Sequence record: ON529853.1
Strand: one strand, 5' to 3'
DNA length: 64,000 bases
In this document: positions 9,867 to 19,731 of the stretch, piece after piece
How the letters are laid out: each line of letters begins with the position of its first letter
Numbering within the stretch: position 1 is the stretch's first letter
Made by a program: the position numbers and the translations under genes
Notes under the pieces: generated by a model
Database searches by the model: none
Seen by the model: only the letters and a program-made list of their open reading frames with translations
Told to the model about the DNA's origin: nothing

Positions 9867-10004
9867 GACTGTCTCCTGTCGTGGCGTTGATCCTGTTCTA
9901 GCACCGATTCGTTAACAAGAGGTTAACGCCGCGCTGCGAAACGCTCGCGTTAACCTTAACGACCGGCGCCCCGAAAACGCCCCGGCTTCGGCCGGGGCGC
10001 AGGG

Positions 10005-10319
10005 TCAGCAGACGGTGTTCGCGCCGACCGTTTCGGAGACGAGGGTGGGCTCTTCGCCATCGTCGGCCTCGGCGGCGGTCGGGTCCATGTCGTCGTAGTC
10101 GGCGGCCATCCCCTCGACCCATCCTTCCAGGGCGTTGACGGCGCCGGCGAGGTCGCCGCCCGACCAGTTCTCCACCACGCCCTGCGCCAGCATCACGCCC
10201 TCGGCGGCGTCCTGATAGAGGCTCAGCAGCAGGGCCGTGGACAGGGTGACGGTCTTTTCGCCCGCCGCCATGGCGGCGTCGAGGACGGAGTCGATGGTCG
10301 GTTCAGCGGCGTCGGTCAT
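10005..10319 (-). CDS. hypothetical acidic protein
   Basis: RBS and CtrA box 10364. Confidence 0.8.
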   Translation of the reverse strand: MTDAAEPTIDSVLDAAMAAGEKTVTLSTALLLSLYQDAAEGVMLAQGVVENWSGGDLAGAVNALEGWVEGMAADYDDMDPTAAEADDGEEPTLVSETVGANTVC

Positions 10320-10374
10320 GGGTGTCTCCCGGTGGTTGATGGTGTGACCCTACAGGCCAGAGGTTAACAAACGG

Positions 10375-10794
10375 TTAACAGGTGCGAAGTTCGGCGGTCG
10401 GCGTTTCGACGCCGTCCCTGTAGGCGGTAGAGCCGAGGATGCCGAGGATCGGGTTATAGTCGCCGCGCTCTTTCTCGGCGGCGTAGAAGCGTTCGAGAAT
10501 GGCGGGCTGGGCGGCGAAGCGGTTGTTCCGCCACAGGGGCGTCAGTTTCGGCGGCAGACCGTCGAAGATGAACCAGCCGCGCTCATTCGTCGCGCCGCCC
10601 ATCCAACGCCGTTTACGGCTGATGTAGATTTCACGCTCGCCGTTGCCCGCCAGCAGCCAGACCGTTCGCCCTGGCAGGGCCAGCGACAGGTCGCGCAGGG
10701 CGTCGCGCATCATCTGTTCCGACAGGGCGACTAGGCGGATTTCCGCCGCCTCGACCGCTTCGAGGGCGACGACGAAGGGATCGCGGCGGCTCAT
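10375..10794 (-). CDS. hypothetical protein
   Basis: ATGA overlap with upstream gene; stop inside next box. Confidence 0.7.
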   Translation of the reverse strand: MSRRDPFVVALEAVEAAEIRLVALSEQMMRDALRDLSLALPGRTVWLLAGNGEREIYISRKRRWMGGATNERGWFIFDGLPPKLTPLWRNNRFAAQPAILERFYAAEKERGDYNPILGILGSTAYRDGVETPTAELRTC

Positions 10795-11396
10795 GCGGCG
10801 ACCTTGCGCGGGCGGGTCGCCAGATCGGGCACCGTATCCATGAAATCGAGATAGGCCAGAGCACGGTCGGCGTCGGACAGGAATTCGGCGTAAACCTCGG
10901 GCTTCTCGCGCGGTGAGAGGATTTCACCCGCGACCAGACGTTGACGGTGCGCAACCAGCAGCGGGCGCGCCGCGTCCAGTTCAGCGCGCAACGTCGGGGC
11001 CTCGCGCAGTCCTGCCCGCACGAAGGCGATGTCGGGTTGATAGCCGGAGCCCCAGCCCGACCAGATCACGTCCGACCGATAGTCGCTGAACGACGGCGCA
11101 GGATCGACCTCGACACAGCGGGTTCCGTCCGGCAGCTTATCGAGGGCGGCGCCGGTGAAGTGGTGAATCAACGGGCCGATCCAGTTTCCCATCATCACGC
11201 CGTCGGCGGCGGCGGTTCCCCGGCCGGTCGAGACGGACCCGGCGGGCGTGACATCGACCCAGTTGGGGGCGTCATAGAGAATCTTGATCCGCAGGGTGTT
11301 CGTGGTGTGCTGGATCAGAAAATACTCGGTCCCGTCCGGGCCGACGATCTTGTGCGTCGGCTTGGACAGCTTGGCGCTCGGGGGCAGGAAGGCCAT
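10791..11396 (-). CDS. hypothetical protein
   Basis: RBS and CtrA box 11438. Confidence 0.8.
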   Translation of the reverse strand: MAFLPPSAKLSKPTHKIVGPDGTEYFLIQHTTNTLRIKILYDAPNWVDVTPAGSVSTGRGTAAADGVMMGNWIGPLIHHFTGAALDKLPDGTRCVEVDPAPSFSDYRSDVIWSGWGSGYQPDIAFVRAGLREAPTLRAELDAARPLLVAHRQRLVAGEILSPREKPEVYAEFLSDADRALAYLDFMDTVPDLATRPRKVAA

Positions 11397-11538
11397 GAGG
11401 TGTCTCCTTTGTTCCTGATCGTTCTAGCAGGGATTCGTTAACAAGAGGTTAACGACGCGGGGGAAAACGCGCCGGGCCGGCGTTAACCTTAACGCGAGTT
11501 GGTCGCAGAAAGGCCGGGGCGAACCCCGGCCTTGCGCG

Positions 11539-12234
11539 TCACTCTTTGGCGTGGCCCGCGTCGATCTTCACCGCCAGTTCGTCCATCCGGTCGGCCTTGT
11601 GGCGCAGCCAGTCGGCGGCGCGCTCAATGACCTCGACCATCGGCAGACGGTGAACCAGACCGGACGGGAACGACCCGGACAGGTTGTCCAGCAGGGCGAC
11701 GGGCGGGACGTGGCCGCAGGCGATATAGGCCGCTGCAAGGTGGTCGGTCAGGTTCATGCCGCCGCCGGTCAGGGCGATTTCATAGTCCGGTTCGTCGTGG
11801 CGACCGTTGTCGATCTCGATCAGGGTGCAAGCCAGTCCCCAGGCGTCGAAGCGTGCGGCGATGGCGGCGATACCTTCCGAGTCGACGTATTTCAGATCGA
11901 CCGGCCAGCCGTAGTTCATCATCGGGTCGAAGCTGTCGCGCCACTCGTCGTATCCGTCCGACTGGCGGAAGGCGTCTTCGAGTTCTTCGTCGGCCAGCAC
12001 GGCGGCGCCGTCCACCTCGAACAGGGCGCGGGCCTTGGGGAAGTCCGCCCACAGGTCCGCCGCCCGCTCGTCGATCACGCCCAGCGTGACCGGGGGCAGC
12101 ACCGTTTGGAAGCCGGGTTCGCCGGTGTCGGCGTTGTAGAACTCCGACCAGTCGCGCTCCATCGAGTCGTTGGTGATCGAGACCAGCGAGAAGGTCGCGT
12201 CGGCGGCGATGGGGCGGGGGAAGGGGTTCGACAT
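11539..12234 (-). CDS. hypothetical acidic protein
   Basis: RBS and CtrA box 12290. Confidence 0.8.
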   Translation of the reverse strand: MSNPFPRPIAADATFSLVSITNDSMERDWSEFYNADTGEPGFQTVLPPVTLGVIDERAADLWADFPKARALFEVDGAAVLADEELEDAFRQSDGYDEWRDSFDPMMNYGWPVDLKYVDSEGIAAIAARFDAWGLACTLIEIDNGRHDEPDYEIALTGGGMNLTDHLAAAYIACGHVPPVALLDNLSGSFPSGLVHRLPMVEVIERAADWLRHKADRMDELAVKIDAGHAKE

Positions 12235-12411
12235 GGGGTCTCCTGATCCAGCATAGGGTTCTAATGCTGTTGAACATAGGCACCATGTCTTAACAAAAGG
12301 TTAAAATCAAGCGGCATTAGAACCCTATGCCGGAAGAAAGTGGTTAACTCCGCGTTAAGGTTAACGGCCCGCTCCGGGCAAAAGAAAACCCGGCCGAAGC
12401 CGGGTCTCTCG

Positions 12412-13122
12412 TCAGGGCTGATCGGGTTCGGCCCCATTCATGTGATCGACCGCCCCCGCCCAGGCCTCGTCCTCGCTGACGGCCCAGACCACTTCATCGC
12501 CCTCGGGGTCGATGGCGGTGAAGGGGAGCGGGTCGCCCTCCTTCTCGGAGAAGACGACCTGATAGCCCGCCGCCGAGGCGGTGGTCTCGTTGTCGTCCTC
12601 GTCGTCTTCGCTCCTGAAGAGGCCGTCGCCCGCCAGCAGGTCGTCAATCGCCTGATTGCCGCGCTCGGACAGGATGTCTTCGATGCGGCGGGCGTTGTCT
12701 CGCAGCCAGCCTTCCGGGTCGTCGCCGCCGTAACGGTCGGTCAGGTCGTCGGTGGTGAAGACGACCGGCACGGCGCCGGCGGCGCGGATGGCCTCGGTCA
12801 GGGTATAGACATCGACCTCGGCCCAGGTCGAGACGATCTCGGCGCGGAAGTCGATTTCGGCCTCGGCCAGCTTTTCCTGTTCGAGGTCGGACAGGTCCGC
12901 GAAAGATTCGATCTCGGCCAGCGGCTTGTTCGTCGCGATTCCCAGATAGGCGAGGGCGTCGCGCAGGGCTTCGGCCTCGTCCAGACGACCCGACATATGG
13001 TCGAGCACGGCCTGACGCCGGGCGATCTCGGCGGCGGGGCGCGAGGCGTGGGCGGTGACGTCAGGCGCGCGGCCGGTGGCCTCGACGGAAAGCTGGAAAA
13101 GCTGGATGCGGGCGGTGGTCAT
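12412..13122 (-). CDS. hypothetical acidic protein
   Basis: RBS and CtrA box 13173. Confidence 0.8.
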   Translation of the reverse strand: MTTARIQLFQLSVEATGRAPDVTAHASRPAAEIARRQAVLDHMSGRLDEAEALRDALAYLGIATNKPLAEIESFADLSDLEQEKLAEAEIDFRAEIVSTWAEVDVYTLTEAIRAAGAVPVVFTTDDLTDRYGGDDPEGWLRDNARRIEDILSERGNQAIDDLLAGDGLFRSEDDEDDNETTASAAGYQVVFSEKEGDPLPFTAIDPEGDEVVWAVSEDEAWAGAVDHMNGAEPDQP

Positions 13123-13183
13123 GACGGGTGTCTCCCGATGAATGTCGATGGGTTGACCCTAGAGGTCAGAGGTTAACAAGAGG

Positions 13184-13291
13184 TTAACCGATGGTGTAGC
13201 GGCGCCAGATTTGTTGCCCCAGCATGACGGCGAACACCGCCAGCATGACCAGCACGGTCACGACCAGGGTCCGGGGTCCGGGGCGGGCCAT
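13184..13291 (-). CDS. 35-aa single-TM peptide MARPGPRTLVVTVLVMLAVFAVMLGQQIWRRYTIG
   Basis: TGATG coupling with upstream gene; stop inside next box. Confidence 0.6.
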   Translation of the reverse strand: MARPGPRTLVVTVLVMLAVFAVMLGQQIWRRYTIG

Positions 13292-13752
13292 CAGTCGCCC
13301 TCGTCGTCAAGGGTCTCGATGTCGCGGATGCTGCCCTCCCACAGGTCGCCGACCGGCCAGTAGTCAAGCTGCATCTTGACGCGGGCGTAACCGGCGTCAG
13401 CGTCGGTCAGGCCCTCGGTGATGATCTCGATGATCTCACCCCGGTCGCCTTCGTTGGGGCAGAGGGCGCGCTGCCCCACTTCCCAGTCGCCGACCTCGGC
13501 CTCGTCGTCCTCGTCTTCCTCATCCGTGAAGGCTTCCACTTCGCGCATGGCGGCGGCCCAGGCCGTAACCGCCGCGACGTTGTCGCCGAGGATCGGGGTG
13601 GTGGAGCCCCACTGATGATAGGAGCCTTCGTAATAGGAGGCCTTGATGAAGTGCTCCAGGCCGCCGGGCTCGCGGCGGTGAAACACGATCCAGGCGCCGT
13701 CTTCGGCTTCTTGCGCGCTTGGGCCGCGAATGTCGATCAGCTTGGAAGTCAT
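13291..13752 (-). CDS. hypothetical acidic protein
   Basis: RBS and CtrA box 13803. Confidence 0.8.
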   Translation of the reverse strand: MTSKLIDIRGPSAQEAEDGAWIVFHRREPGGLEHFIKASYYEGSYHQWGSTTPILGDNVAAVTAWAAAMREVEAFTDEEDEDDEAEVGDWEVGQRALCPNEGDRGEIIEIITEGLTDADAGYARVKMQLDYWPVGDLWEGSIRDIETLDDEGD

Positions 13753-13912
13753 GACGGGTGTCTCCTGTCGGATGGCGTTGAAGCCTGTCTAGCAGGAAGG
13801 TCTTAACAAGAAGTTAACGGGACGACAAGGGGAGATTTTAACTTTTCGTTAAGGTTAACGAGCGGCGGTCGGAAAAGGAGCGCCCGGCTGTTTGAAAGCC
13901 GGGCGCTGGGGT

Positions 13913-14524
13913 TCAGACGTAGGCGGCGGTTTCGGCCAGCATCTCCGTCAGGGTCTCAGCGGAGATCATGGCGGCGAGTTGGTAGCGGCGGGCCGCAGCG
14001 CGGTAGGCGGCGGCGGTCTCTTTGGTCGGGTCATCGTTGAAGGCGGCGCGCGCCTCGTCCAACGTCGGCTCGGGGGCGTCGCGGTCCTCGCGAATCGTCA
14101 ACAGCGGTTCGTCGCGGCCGATGGCGTAGAGGAAGACCGACACGTCGCGGTCGGGCTGGGCGAAGCCCTGCTGATTCCAGATCATCCCGGCGAAGTTCTC
14201 GGCGGCCTCGCGATCCAGCGTGTCGGCGATCCGGTTGTCCAGCACCGTGTCCGTGCGGTGGTCGAAGGCGACGACGCGGAAGCCGGGCAGCGCGGCGGGC
14301 TGCACCGCGAACTCGTAGCGGGCGTCTTCTTCGGCGATCCAGCGGCTGATGTCTTCGATGGTCGGTTCCAGATCGTCCGGGGCGCCATTATCGGCTTGCA
14401 GTTCGCGCACGACGTCGTTCAGGGCTTCGGCCTCGCTGACATGGATCGAGGCGCCGAGGCCGCCCGAAGTGGACGTGACCAGTATGACCAGGGCGGGCAG
14501 GCCGGAGATGGCGGAAAGCTTCAT
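13913..14524 (-). CDS. hypothetical protein
   Basis: GGAGA RBS before MKLSAIS; CtrA box 14566. Confidence 0.75.
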   Translation of the reverse strand: MKLSAISGLPALVILVTSTSGGLGASIHVSEAEALNDVVRELQADNGAPDDLEPTIEDISRWIAEEDARYEFAVQPAALPGFRVVAFDHRTDTVLDNRIADTLDREAAENFAGMIWNQQGFAQPDRDVSVFLYAIGRDEPLLTIREDRDAPEPTLDEARAAFNDDPTKETAAAYRAAARRYQLAAMISAETLTEMLAETAAYV

Positions 14525-14666
14525 GGGGGTCTCCTTCGTTGAGGCTCCCTTGTCGCACGGATTCATTAACAAGAGGTTAACGCGCCGCTTTTATTTTCCG
14601 TTAAGGTTAACGGCCGGGCGGGGGGCCGAAAAAGCCCGCCGGGGGAGACAACCCGGCGGGCTCGGT

Positions 14667-14750
14667 TCAGATCAGCGTCAGCAGGCTGAGCGCGATCAGA
14701 AGGTTCATGGCGATGACCGGGCGGACGTGCGTCCTCAGGACGGCGGTCAA
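14667..14750 (-). CDS. 27-aa hydrophobic peptide (M)TAVLRTHVRPVIAMNLLIALSLLTLI
   Basis: TTGA overlap with upstream stop; followed by hairpin. Confidence 0.4.
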   Translation of the reverse strand: MTAVLRTHVRPVIAMNLLIALSLLTLI

Positions 14751-15058
14751 GCGCCGGGCTCCGGGAAGCGCATCCCGTCGCCGGTCAGGACTTCCAGCGC
14801 GGTCGCGGCGGGCTTCAACCCGGACTGTTCCAGGTCGACGCCCAGCGAGCGGACGGCGTCCTTCTCATCCTCGCGCCACGCCCCGGCGACCGGGATCGCG
14901 CGTTCCAGCACCTTCTTGCGGTCGTCCTGATAGGCGCCGAGCGCCCGGAACTGGACCGGCGAGGCCTTGGTGCGCTGGCGGCTGAGCATGGTCACGACCA
15001 GCCGACGCTGCGGCGAGACGGTGACGCGGAAGGTGCGGGTGACGGTCGGGGTCGGCAT
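14747..15058 (-). CDS. hypothetical basic protein
   Basis: GGAGG RBS. Confidence 0.75.
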   Translation of the reverse strand: MPTPTVTRTFRVTVSPQRRLVVTMLSRQRTKASPVQFRALGAYQDDRKKVLERAIPVAGAWREDEKDAVRSLGVDLEQSGLKPAATALEVLTGDGMRFPEPGA

Positions 15059-15223
15059 TCAGACCTCCTTTCGGGGGAGTTGTTTCAGAGCCCAGCGCCG
15101 GGCCGCCCCTCGGGTCGGCAACGGGTTGGACATGGCGATCAGGGTGTCGTCGCCGTTCCAGGCGGCGCCGTAGTAGGTCCCGTCAGGGCAGGCGGCGGTG
15201 GTGACGTAGGCGGGGGCGCGCAC
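15059..15223 (-). CDS. hypothetical 54-aa protein
   Basis: GTG start just after upstream stop; fills operon gap. Confidence 0.55.
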   Translation of the reverse strand: MRAPAYVTTAACPDGTYYGAAWNGDDTLIAMSNPLPTRGAARRWALKQLPRKEV

Positions 15224-15225
15224 GG

Positions 15226-15600
15226 TCAGTCCTCATCCTCAAAGACCAGATCGAACTCGCTGTCCGGGTCGTTGAACTCCAAGGCCGTGGATTCGGATAC
15301 GGTGGTGGTGCGCGAGGCGCCGAAGAGACCCATGGCCTCGCCTTGCGAGACGACCGAATAGGTCATGCGGACATCGGTGATGCTGGCGAAGTCGCCGAAG
15401 TGCTGATCGCGGCGGACCAGCCCCTCGATCGCGGTGACTTTGGCCGAGGCCAGCAGTTCACGGCGAAGCGACTGGACGGTGTCGCGGGCCTCGGCCGAGC
15501 CGTTGAACGGACGGACCAGTTCCAGCGTCTCGATGGCGCTGATCGTCTGATTCATCCAGCCGGTCCCGACCAGATAGAGTTTCAAGGCAGCGTGGCTCAT
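15226..15600 (-). CDS. hypothetical protein
   Basis: RBS and CtrA box 15650. Confidence 0.8.
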   Translation of the reverse strand: MSHAALKLYLVGTGWMNQTISAIETLELVRPFNGSAEARDTVQSLRRELLASAKVTAIEGLVRRDQHFGDFASITDVRMTYSVVSQGEAMGLFGASRTTTVSESTALEFNDPDSEFDLVFEDED

Positions 15601-15660
15601 GCGGGGTCTCCTTCCCGGTGGTCGATGGTCTATCCCTACAGGACAGGCGTTAACAATCGG

Positions 15661-16284
15661 TTAACGCGCGATGTCTCTTTCGCCCGCCTGCCATGCGTCG
15701 GCGAGGTCGTGGATTTGCTCGGCGGACAGGCCGGGGTGCTCCATGCCGTTGGTCAGGATTTGACCGATGTCGTTGTCGTCGGGGGCGACCCGACCGGCGG
15801 CGAGTTCACGCGCCAGCAGGCGCAGGCCCGCCATGGCGGCGTCGTATTCACGCGGGCTGAGGCCCAGGACCGACGCGTCGCGGGGGTCGTTCAGACCCTG
15901 GGCGATGACGGTCGCCTCGGCGCGGGACAGGACGCCCTGCCCCTCGACCAGGGCCAGGATGAAGTCCGAGCGCGAGGTCTGCGTGGCCTTCAACCCGTCG
16001 CGGTGCTCCTCCCACAGGGCGGCGGCGTCGGACAGGCTGAGGCCGCCGCTTTCCAGCCGGTCAATGTCGAACGACAGGGCCAGATGCTCGGCGCGGCGCA
16101 GGGCGGCCGACAGGTGGTCGAAGTTGTCGTCGGCCTCGCCCTGATCCACCACCTGATAGGGCGAGCGATCCGGGTCCACCACGCCCGTCCAGTCGATGAC
16201 CGAAAACGCGCCGGTCGGCCCGGTGCGCTCGGCGGCGGTGCGCAGGTTGGCGCTGATCTCGTTGAGATGGATGGGCGCAGGCAT
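15661..16284 (-). CDS. hypothetical protein
   Basis: RBS and CtrA box 16330; stop inside next box. Confidence 0.8.
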   Translation of the reverse strand: MPAPIHLNEISANLRTAAERTGPTGAFSVIDWTGVVDPDRSPYQVVDQGEADDNFDHLSAALRRAEHLALSFDIDRLESGGLSLSDAAALWEEHRDGLKATQTSRSDFILALVEGQGVLSRAEATVIAQGLNDPRDASVLGLSPREYDAAMAGLRLLARELAAGRVAPDDNDIGQILTNGMEHPGLSAEQIHDLADAWQAGERDIAR

Positions 16285-16340
16285 GGGGCGTCTCCCGTGT
16301 TTCGATGATCTGACCCTACAGGACAGATGTTAACAAGAGG

Positions 16341-16883
16341 TTAATGGTAGGCGTCGATTTCCGACAGCGGCGGCAGGATGCGGAAGGGGATCGCCTCGCC
16401 GCCGTTCGCCTTGGCGAAGGCGTTCTCATAGGTCTTGTAGAGGCGGTCGCGGCGCCCGTCCGTGCGCAGGGTCCACTTGGTGGGGTGGCCGGGTTCCCAA
16501 TTCTGATTGTGAGCGGCCTCGACGGCGGCGATGAAGTTCGCGACGGTCATTCCGTCATGGTCCTGCCGGGTCGGGGAGATGCTGTTCAGTTCGTGCCAGG
16601 GGTGGTCGTCGGCGTAGTGGGCGCCGCCGCCGTCGCTGGACCACGAAGCCGATTCCATCCCCAGCATGACGGGCAGGAAGTCGTCGCCGTCGCCGGTCAG
16701 CAGGGAACAGACCTTGACCGCCTGCTCCATCGTCATCAGGCCGTCCAGAATGAATTCCAGATGCTCCTTATAGTTGGAAGCGTCGCGATACATATAGGAC
16801 AGGCGCGTGTTCTGTCCCGGATGGCCCGCCCAGACGGACGGGTTGATCTGGTGCGGCAGGGCGGCGGGGGTCTGGTCGGTCAT
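16341..16883 (-). CDS. hypothetical protein (YMYRDASNYK motif)
   Basis: RBS and CtrA box 16936; stop inside next box. Confidence 0.8.
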   Translation of the reverse strand: MTDQTPAALPHQINPSVWAGHPGQNTRLSYMYRDASNYKEHLEFILDGLMTMEQAVKVCSLLTGDGDDFLPVMLGMESASWSSDGGGAHYADDHPWHELNSISPTRQDHDGMTVANFIAAVEAAHNQNWEPGHPTKWTLRTDGRRDRLYKTYENAFAKANGGEAIPFRILPPLSEIDAYH

Positions 16884-16946
16884 GGCGTCTCCTCCATGGG
16901 GTGATCTCGATTGAGACCACCCTACAGGACAGAAGTTAACAAGAGG

Positions 16947-17429
16947 TTAATCGGCGGCGGGAATTCTGAGGTCCACGCCGAAGACGTGAACCAGTTCGCC
17001 GGTCGGCTTGCGCACGATCACGCCCAGCCACTGCTCCTCGACAAAATAGCCCGTCACCTCGGCGTCGCCGATGCGATTGACGGCGACGCGCACGGTCGCG
17101 CCGACCGGGGGCGGGGAGTCCTCGCCGGACCACAGGACGGAACCGGCGAGGCCCGGCGGCAGCAGTCGGCCGTCCTTCCAGCGCGCCAGTTCATAGGCGG
17201 GGACGTGGGGGCGCCACAGGGGGGCGTAGACCTCCATCAGCCACGTCGGGCCGTAGGTGTTGCGGATCGCGCGCAGCAGTCCGCCGTCCGCTTCCTGGGT
17301 GTCGCCGCCGGTCGCCCACAGGAGGGTCAGATGCTCTTTCCAACCGCCTTCGACCTTGGCGTATTTGTCGGCGAAGTTCAGCAGGGCGGCGGACGCCTCG
17401 GGCGTCAGGGCGGGGTAGGTGTCAGGCAT
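16947..17429 (-). CDS. hypothetical protein
   Basis: RBS and CtrA box 17473; stop inside next box. Confidence 0.8.
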   Translation of the reverse strand: MPDTYPALTPEASAALLNFADKYAKVEGGWKEHLTLLWATGGDTQEADGGLLRAIRNTYGPTWLMEVYAPLWRPHVPAYELARWKDGRLLPPGLAGSVLWSGEDSPPPVGATVRVAVNRIGDAEVTGYFVEEQWLGVIVRKPTGELVHVFGVDLRIPAAD

Positions 17430-17585
17430 GGGGCGTCTCCCTTGTTCGATGATCCCTTATAGCCACAATGTCTTAACAAAAGGTTAATGCCATGACAAGG
17501 GCGTGCGGGCGTTAACCTTAATGTGGCGTTAAGGTTAACGCGACCGGGTCGCAAGAAAGGTCCCCGGCCGAAGCCGGGGACGGGG

Positions 17586-18050
17586 TCAGGCGGCGTCCTT
17601 GTATTCGGGGAATTTGGCGATCAGGGCGGCGACCGTCTCCTCGACCGACTTCATGTTGGGGAAGTAGTGGTCGGCCGGATCGGCGAAGTCCAAGGCGAAG
17701 TCGCAGATGAAGGGGATCGCGTCCCACTGCCAGCAGCGGCAGCATTCGAACCAGTCGCGCCCGTCCTGATTGAAGGCGATCCACACCGCCTCGAAATAGG
17801 GGCCAAGGCGCATCATCACGTCGCGCATCTCGGCGGAGCCGTAGCCGTCCAAGGCGTCGTCCCAGCGCGCGTAGGCGGCCCGCCGCTCCTTGTCCTTGGC
17901 GCGCTGGTTGCGCGAATCGACGGACAGGGCGACATACTCCCACGCCGCCATGGACGCGTGGATCGCGGCAGACGGATAGCTGGCGCGCATCTTGCGATAC
18001 TTCTTGGCCGTGGGCGTGGGCTTGAACGTGGTGCGGTGCTTGTAGGGCAT
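17586..18050 (-). CDS. hypothetical protein
   Basis: GGAGA RBS before MPYKHRT; CtrA box 18095. Confidence 0.75.
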   Translation of the reverse strand: MPYKHRTTFKPTPTAKKYRKMRASYPSAAIHASMAAWEYVALSVDSRNQRAKDKERRAAYARWDDALDGYGSAEMRDVMMRLGPYFEAVWIAFNQDGRDWFECCRCWQWDAIPFICDFALDFADPADHYFPNMKSVEETVAALIAKFPEYKDAA

Positions 18051-18205
18051 GGGCGTCTCCTCCCGGTTGATCCTGAGACCATAGACCCTAGAAGTTAACA
18101 AGAGGTTAACGCCGTGAACGTCATGCGCCGTTAAGGTTAACGCCCGCGTGCGGGGAAAGCCGCGCCGCCGGGGGAGACAACCCGGCGGCGCGGCAGGCGG
18201 CGACC

Positions 18206-18763
18206 TCAGACGTTGTAGTCGCCGTATTCCGTCCCGCACTGGACGATTTCGCCGGTGGCGTCGTCCCAGTGGATGCGGTTCAGGCGCAGGATGCCGCCCC
18301 TGACGTGGGTCCATTCCACCTGACAGGTGATCATGTCGTCGAAGATCGCCTTGGGCTCGCCGTATTGCGACCAGTCGATGCCGCCGCGCTGATCGACCTC
18401 GCCCTTGGCGTCGGACAGGATGCGGGCCAGCACGTCGGGCATGAGGCGACCCGGCGCCCTCTTGGTCCCATAGGAGCCGCGCCCGCCGTTCGTCATGTTG
18501 CTGAACTTTGTGAAGTCCTGCACATAGTTCTCGACCTCGACCGACCCCGGCTGGGGCAGGTCATACATCAGGTCCGACAGAATGTCGCCGACCGGATAGG
18601 ACTCCGTGGCGGCGTCCAGCCTGTCGGCCAGTTCGGCCCCCTCGTCGCCCGGCTGGACGTAGAGTTCGGCGCCGTCGGCGCGGCGCGCCAGGACGCCGCC
18701 CATCGAATCACGCCAGGCCTTGAACCCGCCGTCGTCGCTCTCCCAGGTCGGCGCCTTGCTCAT
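18206..18763 (-). CDS. hypothetical protein
   Basis: ATGA coupling with upstream gene. Confidence 0.75.
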   Translation of the reverse strand: MSKAPTWESDDGGFKAWRDSMGGVLARRADGAELYVQPGDEGAELADRLDAATESYPVGDILSDLMYDLPQPGSVEVENYVQDFTKFSNMTNGGRGSYGTKRAPGRLMPDVLARILSDAKGEVDQRGGIDWSQYGEPKAIFDDMITCQVEWTHVRGGILRLNRIHWDDATGEIVQCGTEYGDYNV

Positions 18764-19176
18764 GCCTCGACCTCCTCTTCGACTTCGGCATAGGCGCTGG
18801 GGATGCGCTTGTTCGTGTGATCGCAGAACAGATCGGGGTCCTCATAGTTGATCTGGACGCTGTCGAGGCGCCAGCCGGTCGAGGCGTCGTGCAGGTGGTC
18901 GTCACAGACCAGCGTGAAGTTCGCCCGCACCGCGTCGAACGACAGGGCGACGCCGTCGCGGGTGGCGAAATAGAGCGGATAGCCGCCGAGGTCCGTGTAA
19001 GGCCCGGCGCGCAGCGCGGCCTTGACCTGCTGAAGCGCCTTGACCGGATCGGTGTCGAAGCGGGCGACCGATCCCTTATAGGCGGCGCGCAGCGGCTTGG
19101 CGGTTCCCCAGCCGGGCTGGCGGGTGTCGTAGAGGGCGCCATCGGACGAGGCGAAAAGGTGGGCGGGCAATGTCAT
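18760..19176 (-). CDS. conserved-looking phage hypothetical protein (GGYPLYF...INYED.DLFCDH)
   Basis: RBS and CtrA box 19222. Confidence 0.8.
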   Translation of the reverse strand: MTLPAHLFASSDGALYDTRQPGWGTAKPLRAAYKGSVARFDTDPVKALQQVKAALRAGPYTDLGGYPLYFATRDGVALSFDAVRANFTLVCDDHLHDASTGWRLDSVQINYEDPDLFCDHTNKRIPSAYAEVEEEVEA

Positions 19177-19345
19177 GGGGTCTCCTCCCGTTGCTGACCC
19201 TCCCTGTATCGCATGAAGTTCTTAACAACAAGTTAACGACGTGATTTATTTCCGGCGGCGGGCGGCGGGCGTTAACCTTAACGCGCTGTTAAGGTTAATG
19301 CGAGCGGGTCGCGGAAGGGGCGCCCGGCCGAAGCCGGGCGCCGGT

Positions 19346-19486
19346 TCAGGCGGCGGTGCGGTAGCGGGTGTGGCCCCGGTCCCAGGTGTAGGCCTCGACC
19401 GATCCGCTCGGGTGGGGGTTGTTCCACCACTTGACGCCCCGGCGCGCGGCGGCGTAGCCCGCGCCTTCGATCTGGGCGGCGTCCAT
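19346..19486 (-). CDS. Rmf-like (ribosome modulation factor fold) 46-aa protein
   Basis: MDAAQIEGAGYAAARRGVKWWNNPHPSGSVEAYTWDRGH resembles GY.A..G....NPY......W..GW; TGATG coupling. Confidence 0.5.
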   Translation of the reverse strand: MDAAQIEGAGYAAARRGVKWWNNPHPSGSVEAYTWDRGHTRYRTAA

Positions 19487-19731
19487 CAGGCGCCGATCCG
19501 GTGGGCCGGGCAGAAGCCCGACACGACCTTGACGCGACCACGCTTGAAACCGGGGCGCAGGGCGCGCGCCGAGCGTTCGGCGTCGGCGGTCTTCATGTGA
19601 CCGCAGGCGCAGGACGCGCCGGGGTCGCGGGTCTGGGCCTCGCGCACCTTGTCGGCGCCGGCCTGTGTGCCGAGCCAGCCGCAGAAGGGCTCGCCGCCGA
19701 CCGTGATGTGAGCGGGTTGGGTGTTAATCAT
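19486..19731 (-). CDS. hypothetical Cys/His protein
   Basis: Operon position. Confidence 0.65.
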   Translation of the reverse strand: MINTQPAHITVGGEPFCGWLGTQAGADKVREAQTRDPGASCACGHMKTADAERSARALRPGFKRGRVKVVSGFCPAHRIGA

